Part shown: positions 60,290 to 64,000 of the stretch, piece by piece | Layout: each line of letters begins with the position of its first letter | Position numbering within the stretch: the stretch's first letter is position 1 | DNA from: Dehalococcoidia bacterium | Lineage (GTDB): Bacteria > Chloroflexota > Dehalococcoidia > UBA2979 | Length of the DNA: 64,000 nt | Assembly: GCA_009379925.1 (NCBI GenBank) | Contig: WHSU01000015.1 | Location: forward strand, 3,446 to 67,445 | Direction of reading: 5' to 3' | Program-made: the position numbers and the translations under genes | Notes under the pieces: generated by a model | Databases searched by the model: none | The model's input: only the letters and a program-made list of their open reading frames with translations | What the model was told of the DNA's origin: nothing

Positions 60290-60439
60290 GAACGCCCCTA
60301 TCAATTCCAGAGTCAGACAATTCCTGAACGAGCTTTCGTCAACGAGAGATATAGGTCGATCGGGCTTTCTACTATTTCCGCTGCCGCACGAAGTACTCCC
60401 CAGGGAGGGATCGAGCGAGGTTGGCGGACGCCTTGGTTG

Positions 60440-61690
60440 TTATGGCACATCCCCCGCCGCGCGTGACATGAGGTACCGGCGGAGCAACGACAGCGCCTGC
60501 AGGACCGCGCGGCGCTTGGCGGCTTCGCGGCCCTGGTAATAGCGGCTGTGGCTGTACTCGATGCCGCTGCCGTCCGCGAGGGCGATGTGCATCGTGCCGG
60601 GGGGCTGATCCTCCACCTCGGTGCCGCCGGCGATGCCGGTGATGCCGATGCCGAGGTCGGCGTGGAGGTGGGTGCGGGCGGCTTCCGCCATCGCCTCCGC
60701 GGTCTCCTTCGAGATCGCGCCGTGCATCGTGATGATCTCGGCGGGCACACCCAGCTCAATCTTCGCCTCGGTGGCGTAGGTGACGAGGCTGCCCTTGAAG
60801 TAGTCCGAGGAGCCGTCGTAGTCCGTGATCGCGCTGGCGATCGAGCCGCCGGTGGCGGACTCCATCAGCGCGAGCGTTAGGCCCTGGTCGCGCAACATGC
60901 GGCCTACCGCGGCCGGCAGCGTGTCGTCATCGATGCCCCACACGCTGGGACCCAGGATCTCCCGCGCGCGCTCTTCGAGCGGGTGGATGAGGTCCCACGC
61001 CTCCTCCCGAGTGGGGGACTTGGCGGAGATGCGCGCGTGGACGCCGTCCGCCCGCGCGTAGATGCCGATCGAGGGGTTCACGCTCGACAGCAGCGGCGAC
61101 AGCATCTCGTCGACCGTGCCCTCGCCGAGGCCGGTGGTCTTGAGGGTGCGCGAGACGAGGATCGAGTCGCTGCGGCGTTCCAGTTCGGGCGCGATCTCAT
61201 GCTGCCACATGCGCGTCATCTCTTGCGGCGGGCCGGGCATCACGGCGATCACCCGCCCCTCGCGTTCCACCCACCAGCCGGGCGCGGTGCCTCGAGGGTT
61301 GGGGACGGCGCGGGCGGACGGGATCAGCATCGCCTGCTTGAGGTTGCGCTCCGGCATGTTGCCGGAGGCGCCGGGGCGGCTGAAGAAAGCGCGTACGACG
61401 CGCTCCTGCTCCTCGTCGATCTCGAGGGCTTCGCCCAGCACCTTCGCGATCGTCTCGCGCGTCAGGTCGTCCTCGGTGGGTCCCAGGCCGCCGGTCGCGA
61501 ACGTGACATCCGAGCGCTCCCACGCGCGCCGCAGCACCTCCTCCAGGCGCGCGGGGTTGTCCCCGACCTGGCTGACGTAGAGCAGGTCGATTCCGTACTG
61601 CGGCAGTTGCGAGGCGATGAACGACGCGTTGGTGTCCGTGATCTCGCCCAGCAGGATCTCGGTGCCGATCGAGATGATCTCCGCGCGCAT
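60440..61690 (-). CDS. cinA: Competence/damage-inducible protein A (MoCF-like plus PncC domain)
   Basis: AEIISIGTEILLG.I.DTN, GGLGPTEDDLT, GTAPG, MESATGG, GITGIAG. Confidence 0.95.
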   Translation of the reverse strand: MRAEIISIGTEILLGEITDTNASFIASQLPQYGIDLLYVSQVGDNPARLEEVLRRAWERSDVTFATGGLGPTEDDLTRETIAKVLGEALEIDEEQERVVRAFFSRPGASGNMPERNLKQAMLIPSARAVPNPRGTAPGWWVEREGRVIAVMPGPPQEMTRMWQHEIAPELERRSDSILVSRTLKTTGLGEGTVDEMLSPLLSSVNPSIGIYARADGVHARISAKSPTREEAWDLIHPLEERAREILGPSVWGIDDDTLPAAVGRMLRDQGLTLALMESATGGSIASAITDYDGSSDYFKGSLVTYATEAKIELGVPAEIITMHGAISKETAEAMAEAARTHLHADLGIGITGIAGGTEVEDQPPGTMHIALADGSGIEYSHSRYYQGREAAKRRAVLQALSLLRRYLMSRAAGDVP

Positions 61691-61856
61691 GCGCTGCTCC
61701 TCGCCGTCGCGTGCCAACCGGTGCGTTGTGCTGCGCGCGAGAATAGCAGAGGTCGTGCCCGCCTCGACCGGTCGCGACAGGCGATGGGCGTGACGGCACG
61801 GCGTGTCCCTCGCGTCGGTCGGGCGTAGCGTGGATGCGAACGGAATCGAGGGACCT

Positions 61857-62603
61857 GTGACGTTGAGACCAATCCTCCGGCCGCTGGCGGCGCTGGGTAC
61901 GGGCATCCTGGGCGCCATCGCACTCATGGCCGGCGCGGCTACTGTCGAGGCGGCGCCCCTGGCCTGCACCGGGACCGCCGAGGCGGTGGTCGGCGCCGGC
62001 GCCGGGTCGCTGTCGACGCGCGTCGCCGTGGACATCGAGTGCGACGAGGCCGCGACGTTGCAGTTCACGCTGCCCGGTGGCGGCCAGTCCGAATTCGACA
62101 CCGAGGCCGATGGGACGTTCATGGGCGTCGTGGGCGGCGCCTACATCTGCAACACTGCGTCCGCCTCGGTGGCGGTCCTCGGCGCGACCGACGCCGGCGA
62201 CCAGTGGACGGGGCTCATCGAGATCACACAGCCGGCGCAGGCGCCCGCCGGCTCGCCGCCGCCCGGCGCGGTGTGCGACGTACTGCTGCACCCGGAGTTC
62301 AACTACGTGACGTACCAGGGCGCGATCGTGGCACCCTCGGTAGCGTTCGGTGACGCGCAGTTCAGCGCCGTCATGCCCACCGGCGACGACGAGAGCCTGC
62401 AGGGCTCGGAACAGGTGCTCGCCGTCTTCGAGTTCGCGCCCCTCAAGAGCGGCCTGCCCACCGAATGGGGCTTCCGCGAGTGGCGGCCGGGCGCTCCGGA
62501 CTTCGTGAACACGATCGACCTCATGGTGCCCGGCCACACCTACATCGTGCTGACGACCGCGGAACTGGCGTGGACATTCCCGGAGGCGGCCGCCACACCA
62601 TAG
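61857..62603 (+). CDS. Secreted hypothetical protein (four Cys)
   Basis: Signal peptide ending VEA-A; GAGGG RBS before the GTG at 61857. Confidence 0.65.
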   Translation: MTLRPILRPLAALGTGILGAIALMAGAATVEAAPLACTGTAEAVVGAGAGSLSTRVAVDIECDEAATLQFTLPGGGQSEFDTEADGTFMGVVGGAYICNTASASVAVLGATDAGDQWTGLIEITQPAQAPAGSPPPGAVCDVLLHPEFNYVTYQGAIVAPSVAFGDAQFSAVMPTGDDESLQGSEQVLAVFEFAPLKSGLPTEWGFREWRPGAPDFVNTIDLMVPGHTYIVLTTAELAWTFPEAAATP

Positions 62604-62636
62604 GCGGCGGCGGTCACGAGTCGGGCCGAACGCGAG

Positions 62637-62674
62637 GAGGCCGGTGTCCCCTCGGTCGAGGAGACACCGGCCTC
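62637..62674. terminator. Long hairpin between convergent genes
   Basis: GAGGCCGGTGTCcCCTCG-GT-CGAGGaGACACCGGCCTC. Confidence 0.7.
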
Positions 62675-62702
62675 GTGCTTCGCGCTGCGGACCAGGCCGA
62701 AC

Positions 62703-63893
62703 CTACCCCCAGCGCGGCTGCTCGTCCGGGTTGATACCCAGCGCCGTCTTCGCCACGAACTCGTGCGTGAGCGCGGAGTTCGCCGGGTGCAGACGGCCCA
62801 GCCGCGCGTCGCGGAACATGCGCTCGATGCTGCCGCGCTTGAAGATGCCGAAGCCGCCCGCCAGGTCGAGCGCGCGGTCCACCACCCGCCATGACCCCTC
62901 GACGGCGTGATACTTCGCCGAGACGATCTTGGACGGCCATACCGCGCCGTGATCGACGCCGTTCGACCAGTCCTCGGCCACGCTCTCCAGGTGGGGGAGG
63001 ATCGAGTCCAGCTCCATCACCATCTCGGCGATGTGGTGCTGCGACTCCGGGTGATAGGCCATCGGCCGCGTCAGCGCGATCGAGGTCTTCGACTGCAGGT
63101 TCTTCACGGTCTCCTCGAGCGCACGCTCGGCGATCGAGTAGTAGATGTTCCCGAACGAGAGCAACGCCCACGCGAAGATCGAGAGCACGAACAGGTCCAC
63201 GCCGGCGGCGCCCGCCGGGACGACCCGGCCGATGTAGCGGTCGGGCACGAAGACTCCATCGAGGATCGTGTCGTCGCTGCGCGTGGCGCGCATGCCGAGG
63301 ACGTCCCAGGTCTCCTCGATGCGGACGCCCTCGGTGTCGCGGGGCAGGAAGGCATGAACGATCTTCGGCGCCTGCGGGTCGCTGGTGTCCATGGAGTGCA
63401 GGCCCAGGCGCGTCCAGACGGGCGTCAGGCTGCCGAAGGACTTGCGGCCGGTGATGCGATACCCACCGTCGACACGCTCAGCGGCGGTGGTGGAGAGCAA
63501 CAGCGTGATGTCGTTGCCGCTCTCCGCGTGCCCGGCGGCGAACACCTCGCCGGCCATCGCCTCCTCGAGCATCCAGTCGAGCGTCGAGTCACCCGAGCGG
63601 TGGACATCGGCGGCCACGCCCACGAAGTAGTGGTGCATGTTGCTCGCGAGCGCCGTCGCGGGTGCGTGACGCGCGAGCCGGCGCGCCTGCCGCGCGTACT
63701 CGGCGAGGGTGAGGCCGGCGCCGCCGAACTCCTGCGGCACGGTCAGCTGCAGGTAGCCAGCCTCCTTCAACTCGTCGAAATCCTCCTGGAAGAACCGGTT
63801 CTCGCGGTCGTACTCGGGCGCACGGGCCTCGAAGCGCGCGAGCATGTCGTCGGTGAGCACAGAGCCGGATGTGGCTTTCGTGGCGGTGGTCAT
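62703..63893 (-). CDS. Acyl-CoA dehydrogenase family protein
   Basis: VPQEFGGAG, YRITGRKSFGS, WDVLGMRATRS, LAGG.G...ERMFRDAR. Confidence 0.92.
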   Translation of the reverse strand: MTTATKATSGSVLTDDMLARFEARAPEYDRENRFFQEDFDELKEAGYLQLTVPQEFGGAGLTLAEYARQARRLARHAPATALASNMHHYFVGVAADVHRSGDSTLDWMLEEAMAGEVFAAGHAESGNDITLLLSTTAAERVDGGYRITGRKSFGSLTPVWTRLGLHSMDTSDPQAPKIVHAFLPRDTEGVRIEETWDVLGMRATRSDDTILDGVFVPDRYIGRVVPAGAAGVDLFVLSIFAWALLSFGNIYYSIAERALEETVKNLQSKTSIALTRPMAYHPESQHHIAEMVMELDSILPHLESVAEDWSNGVDHGAVWPSKIVSAKYHAVEGSWRVVDRALDLAGGFGIFKRGSIERMFRDARLGRLHPANSALTHEFVAKTALGINPDEQPRWG

Positions 63894-64000
63894 CGCGAAT
63901 CCCCCTCTGCCCGCGACCGAATCCCGGTCGCGGCGCTAAACTGCGTTAAACAACGTTGCACGCACTTAACAGCAGCGCAGTACTTCCTGTCAAGAGTCTG

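Noticed and set aside
63940-63985. Rex box in the AT-richer region upstream of the acyl-CoA dehydrogenase
   Set aside because: Only half-site resemblance (TTAACAG); spacing and the other half do not fit, and the region is cut by the window edge.

Overview
High-GC (roughly 70%), densely coding bacterial DNA. Gene content and style (type-2 pyrF, DUF951/DUF151 ahead of the atp operon, atpC-murA-mreB order, thiolase/DUF35, SCO1664, many Tat lipoproteins) best fit a Chloroflexota genome, probably Dehalococcoidia-like; this is an inference. From left to right: an iron-siderophore uptake locus (FecCD permease, three tandem Tat-lipoprotein binding proteins, FhuF-like reductase, SIP); a SAM methyltransferase and PadR-modABC unit whose two promoters share a TACTCA-N5-YGAGTA operator; degenerate HDOD and HD-GYP proteins flanking a Zn-ADH; an XRE regulator with an ABC exporter; a tiny membrane-anchored Cys/His-rich protein; acyl-CoA genes (thiolase-like, DUF35, two PaaI); ispH; pabB/pabC; rex; mreB; murA; a two-gene low-GC insert; a complete F1Fo operon whose b and c subunits carry signal-peptide-like leaders; pyrF; murI; comB; a MoxR-DUF58-DUF4129 operon; a second low-GC islet; cinA; and an acyl-CoA dehydrogenase. 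I found no tRNA, rRNA, CRISPR array, transposase or integrase. All calls come from reading motifs by eye; no database searches were run.
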